The notes: generated from the letters alone by a model not told the origin. Positions 1 through 10,718 are shown, numbered from the stretch's first letter. The stretch is DNA of 37,977 nucleotides from Myxococcales bacterium (GCA_014238595.1 JABAAV010000002.1:18417-56393); one strand, 5' to 3'. Made by a program: numbers and translations.

Positions 1-1968
1 GGCTTTAGCACCTAATAGACGTGGAGACATCGCTGCATGTTCACGACTGGATCCTTCACCATAATTTTTGTCTCCAACAATTATCCATCCTAAGTGATTA
101 GCCTGATAATCTCGTGCAACATCACTCACAGGAATATTTGTTTTTTTAGAAAGGAGATTCTTTGTTGTCCCTGTTTTTCCGCTGAAGGCGTTGATACCTC
201 CTGATAACATATTGTTGGATATATTATCGAGATGTCCACGATAGCGCAGCCATTTTCCAGCAGGTGAAATAGCATCAGTTGTACATTTTCCTTTTGCTTT
301 AAACAGAAGAGGAAGTCTTTCCATGTCATGACCATCCCATGGTGTAAACGGTGTTAATTGTTGAAGTCGTTCACTGTGCGGATCTATGATGATGGATTGA
401 GTTTGTGTGTTTTTGTCAATAGCAATTAACCCTGAATCATCAAATACAAATGAATTTTCAGGAAGTTCATCAGCCTGAGGTGCTGTAAAAGTAACTTCTG
501 TCCCTTGATCGGTTCGAATAGAATCTGTCAGCGGATTAAAAGATAGTTTTCCTGCGAAAGCCATTGCTGTAACTATTTCCGGACTTCCAATGAATGCCAT
601 GGTTGATCGATTGCCATCATTACGTGCAGGGAAATTTCGATTATATGACGTTAAAATAGTATTTGCTTCCTTATTGTCTCGTTTCCACTGCCCAATACAA
701 GGACCACATGCATTGGCTAAAACATTCCCTCCAACACTGTTGAGGTCTTCAAGCAAGCCATCTCGTTTAATGGTTTCGTAGATTTGATCAGAGCCTGGAG
801 TGATAAAAAACGGTGCAGCTGCTTTTAATCCATGTTCTTTGGCCTGTCTTGCGATATGTGCAGCCCGTCCAATATCTTCATAGGAAGAGTTCGTACAGCT
901 TCCTATGAGACAAGAGGAAAGGGTATCAGGATAATTTTCTTTTTTGATTGCATCTTTCATTTCATCAAGAGAACGTGCGAGATCAGGTGTATGTGGACCG
1001 ACAAGATGTGGTTGTAGCGTGGATAGATCAATATGAATCACTTGATCATAAAAACGTTCTGGATTTTTCGATACTTCAGGATCCGCACAGAGTTCGGTTT
1101 TGTGTTTAGTTGCCAATGCTGCAATGTCTTTGCGTTGTGTGGCTTTTAAATAGCGTTCCATACGTTCGTCATAAGGAAATACTGATGTTGTTGCTCCTAA
1201 TTCGGCACCCATATTTGTTATGGTACCTTTTCCAGTGCAACTAATTGAAGAAACACCTGAACCGAAATACTCAACAATATGATCGGTACCTCCAGATACT
1301 GTTAAGATTCCACATAATTTTAAAATGACATCTTTAGCAGAGGCCCATCCGTTGAGTTCACCCGTCAAATTGACACCAATAATCTTCGGTGCTTTGACTT
1401 CCCAAGGCAATCCAACCATAACATCAACAGCATCAGCACCACCAACGCCAACGGCGAGCATTCCTAAGCCACCTGCATTGGGTGTATGTGAATCAGTTCC
1501 AATCATCAATCCACCAGGGAAGGCATAGTTTTCTAAAACCACTTGATGAATGATACCTGCACCAGGTTTCCAAAATCCAATGCCATAACGTTCCGATGCG
1601 GTACGTAAAAACTCATAGACTTCATGATTGTCATCTATGGCAGACAATAGATCTTTTTTTGCACCAGATTCTGCACGGATTAAATGATCACAATGTACCG
1701 TACTAGGAACGGCGGCTTCATCACAGCCTGCATTCATAAATTGTAACAATGCCATTTGTGCCGTGGCATCCTGCATGGCAACACGATCAGGATTTAATGT
1801 CATGTAATGCACACCTCGTTCCCATGGCTGATCTATAGGCGCAAGATGTGCACCTAATATTTTTTCAGTGAGCGTGAGAGGGCGGTTGAACCGTTTACGC
1901 ACTGTTTCATGCTTGTGTTGAAACGATGTGTATAAATCGCTAATCGCATTGATAGGGCTATTACTCAT
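1..1968 (-). CDS. acnA: aconitate hydratase, mitochondrial-type (C-terminus runs off the left window edge)
   Basis: Absent from the ORF track because there is no stop in the window. The minus-strand frame is open from the ATG (1968-1966) to position 1. Manual translation reads [42 protein letters not shown]... It contains the aconitase Fe-S ligand contexts [24 protein letters not shown] and [10 protein letters not shown]. Track ORFs 126-335, 590-781, 832-1017 and 1325-1528 are shadow ORFs inside this gene. Confidence 0.9.
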   Translation of the reverse strand, partial: MSNSPINAISDLYTSFQHKHETVRKRFNRPLTLTEKILGAHLAPIDQPWERGVHYMTLNPDRVAMQDATAQMALLQFMNAGCDEAAVPSTVHCDHLIRAESGAKKDLLSAIDDNHEVYEFLRTASERYGIGFWKPGAGIIHQVVLENYAFPGGLMIGTDSHTPNAGGLGMLAVGVGGADAVDVMVGLPWEVKAPKIIGVNLTGELNGWASAKDVILKLCGILTVSGGTDHIVEYFGSGVSSISCTGKGTITNMGAELGATTSVFPYDERMERYLKATQRKDIAALATKHKTELCADPEVSKNPERFYDQVIHIDLSTLQPHLVGPHTPDLARSLDEMKDAIKKENYPDTLSSCLIGSCTNSSYEDIGRAAHIARQAKEHGLKAAAPFFITPGSDQIYETIKRDGLLEDLNSVGGNVLANACGPCIGQWKRDNKEANTILTSYNRNFPARNDGNRSTMAFIGSPEIVTAMAFAGKLSFNPLTDSIRTDQGTEVTFTAPQADELPENSFVFDDSGLIAIDKNTQTQSIIIDPHSERLQQLTPFTPWDGHDMERLPLLFKAKGKCTTDAISPAGKWLRYRGHLDNISNNMLSGGINAFSGKTGTTKNLLSKKTNIPVSDVARDYQANHLGWIIVGDKNYGEGSSREHAAMSPRLLGAKA

Positions 1969-2103
1969 AGTCAAAATCCTTTGAAAATAACAGTAAAAAT
2001 ATATAGCGGAATCACGTGATCGATACAAGCGATTGTCATGAATTGAATCCATATTTTACATGATTTCAAGAATGATTTTTAAGCGATTTGGTGAATGTAT
2101 TGA

Positions 2104-2832
2104 ATGATTGACTTTGTTGTTCAATCAAATTTGATGGTATATTCTCTGACTATGAGTGGATGCACTGAATGTTCTAATAAGACAGGATGTACGGATCGTA
2201 AAGGTCCGATGTTAGATCAGGTGTATCAATCACTAGAAAGAATTTATCCTTCGCGTATTTGGGGAGAGCCGAATGATGAAGCACGATTCGGCTCTGGAAT
2301 TTGTATGCATGAAGGGCAAGATTTGGCGCAAGAGATTGAAACAACACTCAAAGCATCTACTGTTTATTGTAGTGGTTCTGACGAAGATTACTGCGATTAT
2401 ATTTATATATTGTGCATGGGTCGCGATCCTTCGTTAATGAAGATTCAGGAAAAACAGCTATCAATGCCAGATGATCTCGAGACACCTCTTCATGAAATGT
2501 ACTTACGCATTTGTTTGAGCAATATGGCAAGACTTGTTGGTGTTCAGCAAGTCTCTGTGTTTCTAGAGCAAGAAGATAGTCGTTATTTTATACGCGAAGT
2601 TCCTCGTGCCGGTGTTTACGATGCACCGCTATTGCCTAGGTTTCAGCAATTGGTTGGAGTATTTCAAAATTATGACATGATGCATGTTGATTTTGGTGAA
2701 ATTTCAGAGCCTCCTGATGGGTTTGATCACAGCCATTATGAAAGTCTTTATGCGAACAAACCAGATGTTGCTAATTATTTGTTTTATCCACAACCAAGCA
2801 CCATGGAAAGTATCTCTGAACTGAGAAGATAG
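2104..2832 (+). CDS. hypothetical protein with N-terminal Cys cluster
   Basis: 242-aa ORF divergent from the aconitase gene. Possible starts at 2104, 2134 and 2152 (MSGCTECSNKTGC...). No family recognised. Confidence 0.55.
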   Translation: MIDFVVQSNLMVYSLTMSGCTECSNKTGCTDRKGPMLDQVYQSLERIYPSRIWGEPNDEARFGSGICMHEGQDLAQEIETTLKASTVYCSGSDEDYCDYIYILCMGRDPSLMKIQEKQLSMPDDLETPLHEMYLRICLSNMARLVGVQQVSVFLEQEDSRYFIREVPRAGVYDAPLLPRFQQLVGVFQNYDMMHVDFGEISEPPDGFDHSHYESLYANKPDVANYLFYPQPSTMESISELRR

Positions 2833-2851
2833 TACTTATTGTTTCATCAAG

Positions 2852-4402
2852 TTAGATAGCAGCAATATTCTCAATAATCGTGTTCACTGATGACTTATCA
2901 CCAGAGAGCGCTGTGCGTTGATGGTAAAACGATAACCCACGCAATCCTCCAAGTTCTTCACCGCCACCTGCTCGACCAGGACCACCATGGGTTAATAGCG
3001 GCAATACCGTGCCAGGGCCAGGCGCATGACCCGCAATTTTCGCGTTACCGATATAGATACGTCCATTGTATGTTGCAAGACGAGGAATCAGTGTTTGCAA
3101 TAACGTTCTATCTTCAGAATAAATTGAAGAAACAAGACTCCCTTTACCTTTAGCTAAGACATGCTCAATATCCTCTGATTTTTTCAATGCTGCAATTGTT
3201 GCTACAGGTCCAAAAATTTCAAGTTCATGCATTGTGGTTGCTTTAAGCGCGTCATTGCTTTTTCGCAGTACAGGTGAAACAAAATATCCTTGAGACATAT
3301 TCGTTTCACCTAACCCTCCAAAGATTTCATCTGTTTGATTCGCTAACAGAGCAATGCCTTCTTTGACATTGGTGTATTGATCTTTGGAAACCAAAGGTCC
3401 CATGTTGCCTTTTTGTGCAGGGTCACCCGTTGGAATCTCTGATAGACGTTCGGCTAAAGCGTTACAAACAATATCTAGTTTATCCTGTGGAACAAAAATC
3501 CGTCGGGTTGCTGTACATTTTTGACCTGTTTTTTGCGTTATATCACGGGCGACATCCTGTAAGAACAACGAGAACGTTTCAGAGTCTTCATCAACATCTT
3601 CACAAAGAACAGATGCATTGAGACTATCAGCTTCAATGTTCAATCGGACAGAGTTTTGTATTAATGTTGGATGAACACGAAGTGTAGCGGCTGTATTGCT
3701 TGATCCAGTAAAAGCAACGGTGTCTTGTGCTGTTAAAACCTTAAGAAAAGGGCGGATATCTCCAATGACAAGAGAAAGCGCACCTTGAGGTAGAATGTTT
3801 TGTTCTATGATTAGTTGTACGATTCGATGTGCGACTAAAGCTGTGGTTGTTGCTGGTTTTGTGATTACAGGCGTTCCTGATAACAATGCAACAGCGGCTT
3901 TTTCGAACATTCCCCATGCTGGGAAGTTAAATGCGTTGATATGAACTGCTACACCACGCAATGGTGTATAGATATGTTGTCCATGAAAACGAGGAGAACG
4001 ACCTAATTGAATTCCTTCTCCATCAATAAGCCATGTTGAATCGCCTAAACTTTTTCCTAAATGAGCATAGGCAGCTAATGTTGCACTTGCACCATCAATA
4101 TCAAATTTAGCATCACCTCTGGTATTTCCACCATTGATAATAGCTAACTCGATTAATTCATCACGATGTTTATGAATTAATGATGCCATGCTTTGTAATA
4201 AATCCGCGCGTTCGGAAAAAGACATCTCTTTAAGAAGAATACCGGCTTCTTGGGTGGCATGATCCAATGCTATTTGAGGATCGATGACGAGTGGCGCTGC
4301 TTGTGCAACGATTGCTTCTGTGGTGGGATTATAAAGATCAATGAGCGAGTCGGTATGTTGTGTAGACCATGTTGATGCAATGTAGCTTGTTATGATATCC
4401 AT
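2852..4402 (-). CDS. PaaZ-like aldehyde dehydrogenase (ALDH domain only, no MaoC hydratase domain)
   Basis: 516 aa, collinear (from memory) with the N-terminal ALDH half of E. coli PaaZ. Shared segments: GVAVHINAFNFPAWGMFEK, GQKCTATRRIFVP, HGGPGRAGGGEELGGLRGLSFYHQRTA. It ends where the PaaZ hydratase domain would begin. Confidence 0.85.
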   Translation of the reverse strand: MDIITSYIASTWSTQHTDSLIDLYNPTTEAIVAQAAPLVIDPQIALDHATQEAGILLKEMSFSERADLLQSMASLIHKHRDELIELAIINGGNTRGDAKFDIDGASATLAAYAHLGKSLGDSTWLIDGEGIQLGRSPRFHGQHIYTPLRGVAVHINAFNFPAWGMFEKAAVALLSGTPVITKPATTTALVAHRIVQLIIEQNILPQGALSLVIGDIRPFLKVLTAQDTVAFTGSSNTAATLRVHPTLIQNSVRLNIEADSLNASVLCEDVDEDSETFSLFLQDVARDITQKTGQKCTATRRIFVPQDKLDIVCNALAERLSEIPTGDPAQKGNMGPLVSKDQYTNVKEGIALLANQTDEIFGGLGETNMSQGYFVSPVLRKSNDALKATTMHELEIFGPVATIAALKKSEDIEHVLAKGKGSLVSSIYSEDRTLLQTLIPRLATYNGRIYIGNAKIAGHAPGPGTVLPLLTHGGPGRAGGGEELGGLRGLSFYHQRTALSGDKSSVNTIIENIAAI

Positions 4403-4464
4403 GGTGGATATTCTAAATGATTTTATTGTAAAATAGCAGGTCGCTTTGGGATGGATTACAGATT

Positions 4465-5079
4465 ATGTATATAAAAATGTTGATTATTAGCGGAATAGGA
4501 CTTCTTTTATCCGTTGTTGTACTTGTATTTCTGGTATTTTCATCCAATGAGCCTATTAACACTAAGGTGATCAAAGCTGCGGAGAAAAGATTTGAAGAGA
4601 CTCAAAAAGCCAATGAGCAGCCTGCTAAGCCAAAGCGTATTAGGCCTAATCGCATTAGATCAAAGGTGAAACGAGATGTCGTTTTGAACGGTAAAACGAA
4701 ACAGGAAGACACTGTAGTGCCGCGTAAGAATCCATATACAGTGTTTGCTTCGAAAGTGGGAAGCATTGACAGGCATACGTTACGTTCCATGAACAGTGAT
4801 TCCAAAAGAACGCCATTGATGTCCGATGAGCTTCGTGAACAAATCCGAAATATTCGAAAGCATTACAGCCAAGGCGATTATGCATATGTTGCCGATCATG
4901 CTGAAGCAATATTCAATGAACGTCCCAACGATGCAGGAACGTTGAGAATGAGTGTGTTTGCACATTGCTCTTTAGGTAACGCAAAACAAGCACAAGACTA
5001 TTATGATCGAATTGATCAAGGTGGACATAAAAAAGCCTTGAAAAATCGTTGTTCTAAACTTGGTATTTCACTCGATTAA
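4465..5079 (+). CDS. membrane-anchored hypothetical protein (N-terminal TM, basic linker, TPR-like C-terminus)
   Basis: 204-aa ORF. Hydrophobic N-terminus MLIISGIGLLLSVVVLVFLVF, then a Lys/Arg-rich linker and a helical C-terminal region. Confidence 0.6.
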   Translation: MYIKMLIISGIGLLLSVVVLVFLVFSSNEPINTKVIKAAEKRFEETQKANEQPAKPKRIRPNRIRSKVKRDVVLNGKTKQEDTVVPRKNPYTVFASKVGSIDRHTLRSMNSDSKRTPLMSDELREQIRNIRKHYSQGDYAYVADHAEAIFNERPNDAGTLRMSVFAHCSLGNAKQAQDYYDRIDQGGHKKALKNRCSKLGISLD

Positions 5080-5096
5080 CTGCAGACCGTTTAATA

Positions 5097-5444
5097 TTAG
5101 GTGTGCGATCTCCGTTTGGGTTTGAGATGTTTGACGATGAAGTTTGTGATCATGATGATGACTAATGCTGTACCAATGGGTATAAGAAACAATGTCAAAG
5201 AAAATGAGCCTGACACATAACCAGCGTACATATAAAAAACCATACCAATCCCTAGGAATAGAGACATTAGGGCAAGCAGATATCCGATAAGAAGTATGTA
5301 TTTACGCTTTTTGAGAAGCTGCAATGATTCAAAAAAAAGAAGTTTTTGTTCAGGAGATAGTGTTTTTAATTCCTGTTCAAAATCTTTTGTAAGTTTGTTG
5401 GATTGTTTGTTTGTAAAGGAATCAGACATGGGCAAAGATGTCAT
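5097..5444 (-). CDS. small membrane protein (two predicted TM helices)
   Basis: 115-aa ORF with hydrophobic stretches ILLIGYLLALMSLFLGIGMVFYMY and LTLFLIPIGTALVIIMITNFIV. Head-to-head with polA. Confidence 0.55.
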   Translation of the reverse strand: MTSLPMSDSFTNKQSNKLTKDFEQELKTLSPEQKLLFFESLQLLKKRKYILLIGYLLALMSLFLGIGMVFYMYAGYVSGSFSLTLFLIPIGTALVIIMITNFIVKHLKPKRRSHT

Positions 5445-5452
5445 AGTCTAAA

Positions 5453-8098
5453 ATGTCTCGTCTTCACATCATAGATGGCCATGCATATATTTTTCGTGGA
5501 TATTATGCAGCTCACAGCAATTTATCGACCAATGCAGGAATGCCCACAGGTGCATTATATCTTTACACCAAGATGCTTTGGCAGATTTATAAAGACGAAA
5601 ACCCTGAATATGTCGTTGTTGTTTTCGATGGACCAGGAAAAACATTTCGTCATGAATTAGATCCTGATTACAAAGCCAATCGTGGAGAAATGCCAGATGA
5701 TCTTAAAAAACAGATGCCATATTTTGCGCCGGTCACAGAAGGGTTTGGCTGGCATGTTCTGACGGCTGACAATGTTGAAGCCGATGATATCATTGCCACG
5801 TTATGTCGAAGGAGTTGTGCTGCGGGGTTTGATGTATCGATTTATTCCAGTGACAAAGATTTGATGCAGCTCGTTGATGATAAGGTGCAACTCATCGATT
5901 CAAAGAGCAAAACTGTTTACTTACCTGAAACTGTAGAGAAAAAATTTGGCGTGTTTCCTTGTCAATTGCATGATTGGTTAACGTTAGTTGGTGATTCTTC
6001 AGATAACATTCCAGGATTGGCAGGAGTTGGTGCGAAAACGGCAACCAAACTCTTAAAAGAATATCGAGACATTGATGATATCATTGCTAATTCGGATATT
6101 GCTCAAACAAAATTTGTTAACAAAGCAAACAATGAAGCAAAAAAAAATGAGGTGAATTCTTCTGATTTGGAAGTTTATGTTCAAACTCATGTTGAAGAAC
6201 AAAAGAAACGACTCCTTCTTTCTTACAAGCTTGTATCTTTGCTTGATGACCTCAGTTTAACATCATCAAAAGAACAATGGATTTGTGACAAGCTAGACAA
6301 TGCATCCTTGGTAGAATTATTTGAAACGCTCGAATTTGGAAAGCTGTCCAATGAGATTTTAGGTCAATCAACTCAACCCGATATTGTAACATCACAATCT
6401 TTCTGTGTTGTTGTTGGTCATATGACATTAGCGAATGAATGGATTGCTGCCATTCAAACAGATAAAAAGTTTTCATTTTATATAGACGCCGAAAAAAACA
6501 ACCATGTTTTTGATATCAAAGGAATCGCTGTTTATAGTTTGTCTAAAGGATCTGCTTATTTTTCTTCTGAATCGATGAATATTGTTTCAGTATTTGAAAC
6601 TGTATTTTGTGACGAAACCATCGTTAAGACTTGTTACGATATCAAACATGCATATGCTGCTTTATTATCGCAAGGCATTGTTATTAAGGGATTGTTTTGT
6701 GATGTCATGTTAGCAGCATATTTAATCGATTCAACACGAAAAGATTATTCATTACAAAAACTATATTTTTTAGCTTGCACCTCCGACAAATCCACTCAAC
6801 CTACGACAATGTTGAGTTATGTCCAGGCCATTTATCAAATGGGTGAACAAACAACTGATGTCATTAAAAAACGTGACATCTATCAAATGGCTTGTGATGT
6901 CGAATATCCTTTAGCAGAACTATTAAGCAGGATAGAACACAAAGGTATTGCGTTGGATCGTTTTGTGTTGAAACAGTTATCCGAAGAATTAGAAGGACGA
7001 TTAAGTCACGCAATAGATTTTGTGAATACGCTCAATGAGAGCCCTATTAATCTAGATTCTTCTAAGCAGATAGGGGTGTTTCTATTTGAAAAACTTGGAT
7101 TGATTAGTCCGGTGATGAAAAAACGGAAGACGGGATATTCTACTGATTTTTCTGTGCTTGATGCCATGCGAGATCAACATGAAATTGTGGATGTTATTTT
7201 AGAGTATAGAACGTTAAATAAACTCAAAAACACATATCTTGATGTGTTACCGAAGCTGATTGATCCTAAAACGCAACGAATCCATACGTCATTCCATCAA
7301 ACTTCAACGGCAACAGGACGATTATCTTCATCGCATCCTAATTTGCAAAATATTCCTATTCGCAGTGAATTAGGAAAAAAAATTCGCAGTGCTTTCATTG
7401 CTCCTCAAGGACGAACATTGATTTCTTGTGATTATTCCCAAATCGAATTACGTTTGTTGGCACATTTTTCTAAAGATGAAACGCTTTGTGATGCATTTCA
7501 TCATAATGAGGATGTTCATGATCAAACAGCATGTCAGATTTTCGATGTCAAATCACCCGAGGCATATCAAAGACATGTTGCTAAAGCGGTCAATTATGGA
7601 TTGGTTTATGGTCAAACAGATTTTGGATTGAGTCGTGTCCTTGGTGTGAATCGCCAAGAAGCCGACCACTATATAACAACTTATTTTAATCGATTTCCCA
7701 AAGTAGCCCCTTATCTTGACAATCTCGTCTGTTTTGCCAAAGAGATGGGTTATGCAAAAACGATTCTAAATCGACGTCGTTATATTCCTGATTTATCAGC
7801 AAACAACTATATCAGAAGAAATGCAGCAGAACGGATTGCCAAAAACACACCACTGCAAGGTAGTGCTGCTGATATCATGAAAATTGCGATGGTTATTGTT
7901 GCTAAACGATTGCAAGAAGAACATCTCGATGCAGCTATTGTATTAACAGTACATGATGAATTAGTGCTGGAATGTGCAACGGATGTAGCAGATGAGACTC
8001 TGACTGTTGTCAAAGACTCCATGGAGCACGCGATCGTTCTCGATGTCCCACTTTCAGTGCATAGTGGTAAAGCTCAAAACTGGGTCGATGCCCATTAA
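5453..8098 (+). CDS. polA: DNA polymerase I
   Basis: 881 aa. 5'-nuclease N-terminus (HIIDGHAYIFRGYYA, GDSSDNIPGLAGVGAKTATKLL). Family A polymerase motifs DYSQIELRLLAH, RHVAKAVNYGLVYG, LTVHDELVLE. Confidence 0.97.
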   Translation: MSRLHIIDGHAYIFRGYYAAHSNLSTNAGMPTGALYLYTKMLWQIYKDENPEYVVVVFDGPGKTFRHELDPDYKANRGEMPDDLKKQMPYFAPVTEGFGWHVLTADNVEADDIIATLCRRSCAAGFDVSIYSSDKDLMQLVDDKVQLIDSKSKTVYLPETVEKKFGVFPCQLHDWLTLVGDSSDNIPGLAGVGAKTATKLLKEYRDIDDIIANSDIAQTKFVNKANNEAKKNEVNSSDLEVYVQTHVEEQKKRLLLSYKLVSLLDDLSLTSSKEQWICDKLDNASLVELFETLEFGKLSNEILGQSTQPDIVTSQSFCVVVGHMTLANEWIAAIQTDKKFSFYIDAEKNNHVFDIKGIAVYSLSKGSAYFSSESMNIVSVFETVFCDETIVKTCYDIKHAYAALLSQGIVIKGLFCDVMLAAYLIDSTRKDYSLQKLYFLACTSDKSTQPTTMLSYVQAIYQMGEQTTDVIKKRDIYQMACDVEYPLAELLSRIEHKGIALDRFVLKQLSEELEGRLSHAIDFVNTLNESPINLDSSKQIGVFLFEKLGLISPVMKKRKTGYSTDFSVLDAMRDQHEIVDVILEYRTLNKLKNTYLDVLPKLIDPKTQRIHTSFHQTSTATGRLSSSHPNLQNIPIRSELGKKIRSAFIAPQGRTLISCDYSQIELRLLAHFSKDETLCDAFHHNEDVHDQTACQIFDVKSPEAYQRHVAKAVNYGLVYGQTDFGLSRVLGVNRQEADHYITTYFNRFPKVAPYLDNLVCFAKEMGYAKTILNRRRYIPDLSANNYIRRNAAERIAKNTPLQGSAADIMKIAMVIVAKRLQEEHLDAAIVLTVHDELVLECATDVADETLTVVKDSMEHAIVLDVPLSVHSGKAQNWVDAH

Positions 8099-8818
8099 TT
8101 ACATGCGTGCTTTGGCAAGATCTTGATACAACAACAATCCCAAAGAATCGATAAATCCTGATGGTGACGAAGTTAGCCATGTGCCGGTAACCGTCACACG
8201 ATCACCTACGTTGTGTTTCGGTGCAGGTTTATGTGCACGTCGTTCTTTTCTGCTCATTCCACGTGTTTCATCACGTCTTAATTTCCGTGGGACATCAACC
8301 ACTCGAAGTCCTTTGCTTCGTGGAGTATCGAGTTTGTCTCCCAAATAAAAATTGGGTCGTTGACATGTTTGTGGTTTTTTAGCAATGATTTTTTTAGCAG
8401 CCCTTTTGGTCATGCCTTGTTTTGTCAATTCTGTAATACAGTCATATTTCCAAATGATATAACCCGTTATTTGTACCGATTGATTGAGAAAACGTCCGCC
8501 ACGTCGTTTCATTTCCAACACCGTATGTGAATTATCTGGATAAGGCGATGGGACTTTGAACTCTGGAATGGGTGGAAGGGTAATTTTCAATACCTTCTTA
8601 GCACTATCTTCTGCGGAGACTTGTGCAGATAAGACAGTAAAGGAGAGAAAAACAGCCAAGGGAAGAATAGATTTTAATAATTGAGAAAACACACCAAATT
8701 CTATAGCATGATAGAAACTATAGGTGCAAGACTTCTTACATGACCTTAGTATCTTATGATATTTTGACGATGTCATTTTGAACCAAGGATTGCTAATGAT
8801 TGAGCTACAAAGGATCAA
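8099..8818 (-). CDS. hypothetical secreted protein
   Basis: 239-aa ORF with a signal-like segment (LPLAVFLSFTVLSAQVSA). An alternative start at 8776 (MTSSKYHK) avoids a 5' overlap with the ABC ATPase gene. Its stop abuts the polA stop. Confidence 0.55.
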   Translation of the reverse strand: MILCSSIISNPWFKMTSSKYHKILRSCKKSCTYSFYHAIEFGVFSQLLKSILPLAVFLSFTVLSAQVSAEDSAKKVLKITLPPIPEFKVPSPYPDNSHTVLEMKRRGGRFLNQSVQITGYIIWKYDCITELTKQGMTKRAAKKIIAKKPQTCQRPNFYLGDKLDTPRSKGLRVVDVPRKLRRDETRGMSRKERRAHKPAPKHNVGDRVTVTGTWLTSSPSGFIDSLGLLLYQDLAKARM

Positions 8819-9476
8819 TAAGAGTTATAATACGGAAACAACGAATCTCCATGTGCTTAAAGATTTAAGCCTTACCATTGCTGCGGGAGAAATGGTGTCA
8901 CTGATGGGATCTTCTGGTTCCGGAAAATCGACACTCTTAAATATTTTAGGCATTTTAGATAGTTATGATTCTGGTGAATATCACTTAGATGGTCGTTTGA
9001 TTCGTGATATGTCTGAGCATACGGCAGCGCTTTATCGTAGTAAAACGATCGGGTTTGTTTTTCAGTCATTTAACTTGATTGGCTTTAAAACGGCAGCAGA
9101 AAATGTGGCATTGCCGCTGTATTATCAGGGTGTCTCATTTAAAAAACGACACAAAATGGCACTGGATTCATTGGAACGTTTTGGTTTGCTCGATTGGGCA
9201 GAACATCTTCCTTCTCAGATGTCAGGCGGTCAAAATCAAAGAGTAGCCATTGCGCGTGCATTGGTTACAAAGCCGCGTATTATTTTAGCCGATGAGCCTA
9301 CCGGTGCATTAGATAGTGAAAATTCAAACGATATTATTGCCGTGCTCAATGAAATCAACAAAGAAGGTATCACGGTAGTGATTGTTACTCACGAAGAAGA
9401 TATTGCAGAACAAACCAAACGATGTGTCCGTATTCAGGATGGAAAAATTATTTCTGACAGTGCTGTTTCAAAATAA
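8796..9476 (+). CDS. ABC transporter ATP-binding protein (MacB/LolD family)
   Basis: Walker A GSSGSGKST, signature MSGGQNQRVAIARAL, Walker B ILADEPTGALD. ATG at 8796 lies 5 nt after AAGGA (8785-8789). The track start at 8778 is a TTG. Confidence 0.95.
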   Translation: MIELQRINKSYNTETTNLHVLKDLSLTIAAGEMVSLMGSSGSGKSTLLNILGILDSYDSGEYHLDGRLIRDMSEHTAALYRSKTIGFVFQSFNLIGFKTAAENVALPLYYQGVSFKKRHKMALDSLERFGLLDWAEHLPSQMSGGQNQRVAIARALVTKPRIILADEPTGALDSENSNDIIAVLNEINKEGITVVIVTHEEDIAEQTKRCVRIQDGKIISDSAVSK

Positions 9477-9487
9477 ACAACTGAATC

Positions 9488-10714
9488 ATGTTGATTGATC
9501 TAAATAGCTGGCAAGAAGTTTTTTTAATGATTCGGCGTAATAAACTACGAACCTTTTTAACTTCATTTAGTATGGCATGGGGTGTCTTTATGTTGGTGGT
9601 TCTTTTGGGTACAAGCAAAGGAGTCGAAAACAATGTTCGTCACAATTTTATAGATGATGCTGTCAATAGTCTTTGGATTTATCCCGGAGCAACATCAATA
9701 TCTTACAAAAATAGGGCAGTTGATCGAGAGATTCAATTTACTAATGAAGATTATGAAATGATTCATGACAGTATAAAAGCAACAGACAAAATTACATCAC
9801 GGATTAGGCCTGGAATTGTTTCGCTGAGTTACAAAGACAAACAAGCATCGTTTGATGTTCGTGCTACACATCCCGATCATCTCTATTTAGAAAAAACAAA
9901 AATAGTCCAAGGTCGTTTTATCAATGAAAACGATATGGTTATGAATCGTAAAATAGTCGTGATAGGTGTTCCTGTGAAAAATGCGTTGTTTGGTTCTGAA
10001 GATGCTATCGGTAAAAGCATTCATATGGGAGAAGCCCTCTATCGTGTTGTAGGTATCTTCAAAGATGATGGCTCTGAACGAGAACTTCGCAAAGCATATA
10101 TTCCTTTATCTACGGCACAAATGTTACATCGTCCAGATGGGACGATTGATCAAGTTATGCTAACGCTGGATCCAAATGCTGACAGTGTTGAAATAGCAGG
10201 TGATATTCAACGACTAATGGCACGGCGTCATCAATTTGATGAAAAAGACACTCAAGCCATTCGTGTGAGGAACAACAAAACAAGGTTTGAGCAAGTCAGT
10301 GATGTTTTTACATGGCTCCGTTTGTTTACTTGGATTGTTGCTATCGGAACAATTATGGCTGGCATCATCGGTGTTGGAAATATTATGGTCATTACAGTCA
10401 AGGAACGCACCAAGGAAATAGGTGTTCGAAAGGCTTTAGGTGCCACACCATCTCGGTTGGTTAGAATGGTACTCAAAGAATCGATGTTTGTTACTATCTG
10501 TTCAGGTTATATTGGGATGATGTTCGGTGTGTTTGTATTATTTGTCGTTGAAAAGATGGGATTTGGAGATAAATTTTTACGTGATACCCAAGTAGACATG
10601 AACATTGTTACTTCAGCAACCTTACTTTTAATTATTGCCGGTGCTCTTGCAGGGTTTTTCCCTGCACGAAAAATTGCAATGGTCAATCCCATTGAAGCGA
10701 TGAGAGCTGAGTAG
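9488..10714 (+). CDS. ABC transporter permease (FtsX/MacB-type, large periplasmic domain)
   Basis: 408 aa. N-terminal TM, a periplasmic domain of about 230 aa, then a C-terminal FtsX-type three-TM bundle (ITVKERTKEIGVRKALGAT). Confidence 0.9.
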   Translation: MLIDLNSWQEVFLMIRRNKLRTFLTSFSMAWGVFMLVVLLGTSKGVENNVRHNFIDDAVNSLWIYPGATSISYKNRAVDREIQFTNEDYEMIHDSIKATDKITSRIRPGIVSLSYKDKQASFDVRATHPDHLYLEKTKIVQGRFINENDMVMNRKIVVIGVPVKNALFGSEDAIGKSIHMGEALYRVVGIFKDDGSERELRKAYIPLSTAQMLHRPDGTIDQVMLTLDPNADSVEIAGDIQRLMARRHQFDEKDTQAIRVRNNKTRFEQVSDVFTWLRLFTWIVAIGTIMAGIIGVGNIMVITVKERTKEIGVRKALGATPSRLVRMVLKESMFVTICSGYIGMMFGVFVLFVVEKMGFGDKFLRDTQVDMNIVTSATLLLIIAGALAGFFPARKIAMVNPIEAMRAE

Positions 10715-10718
10715 ACGT

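Noticed and set aside
2852-4402. Treating the PaaZ-like ALDH as a satellite cargo enzyme of the microcompartment.
   Set aside because: It belongs to a different ALDH subfamily (PaaZ-type, non-acylating context). It has no terminal amphipathic helix or linker, and it lies 28 kb away among unrelated genes.
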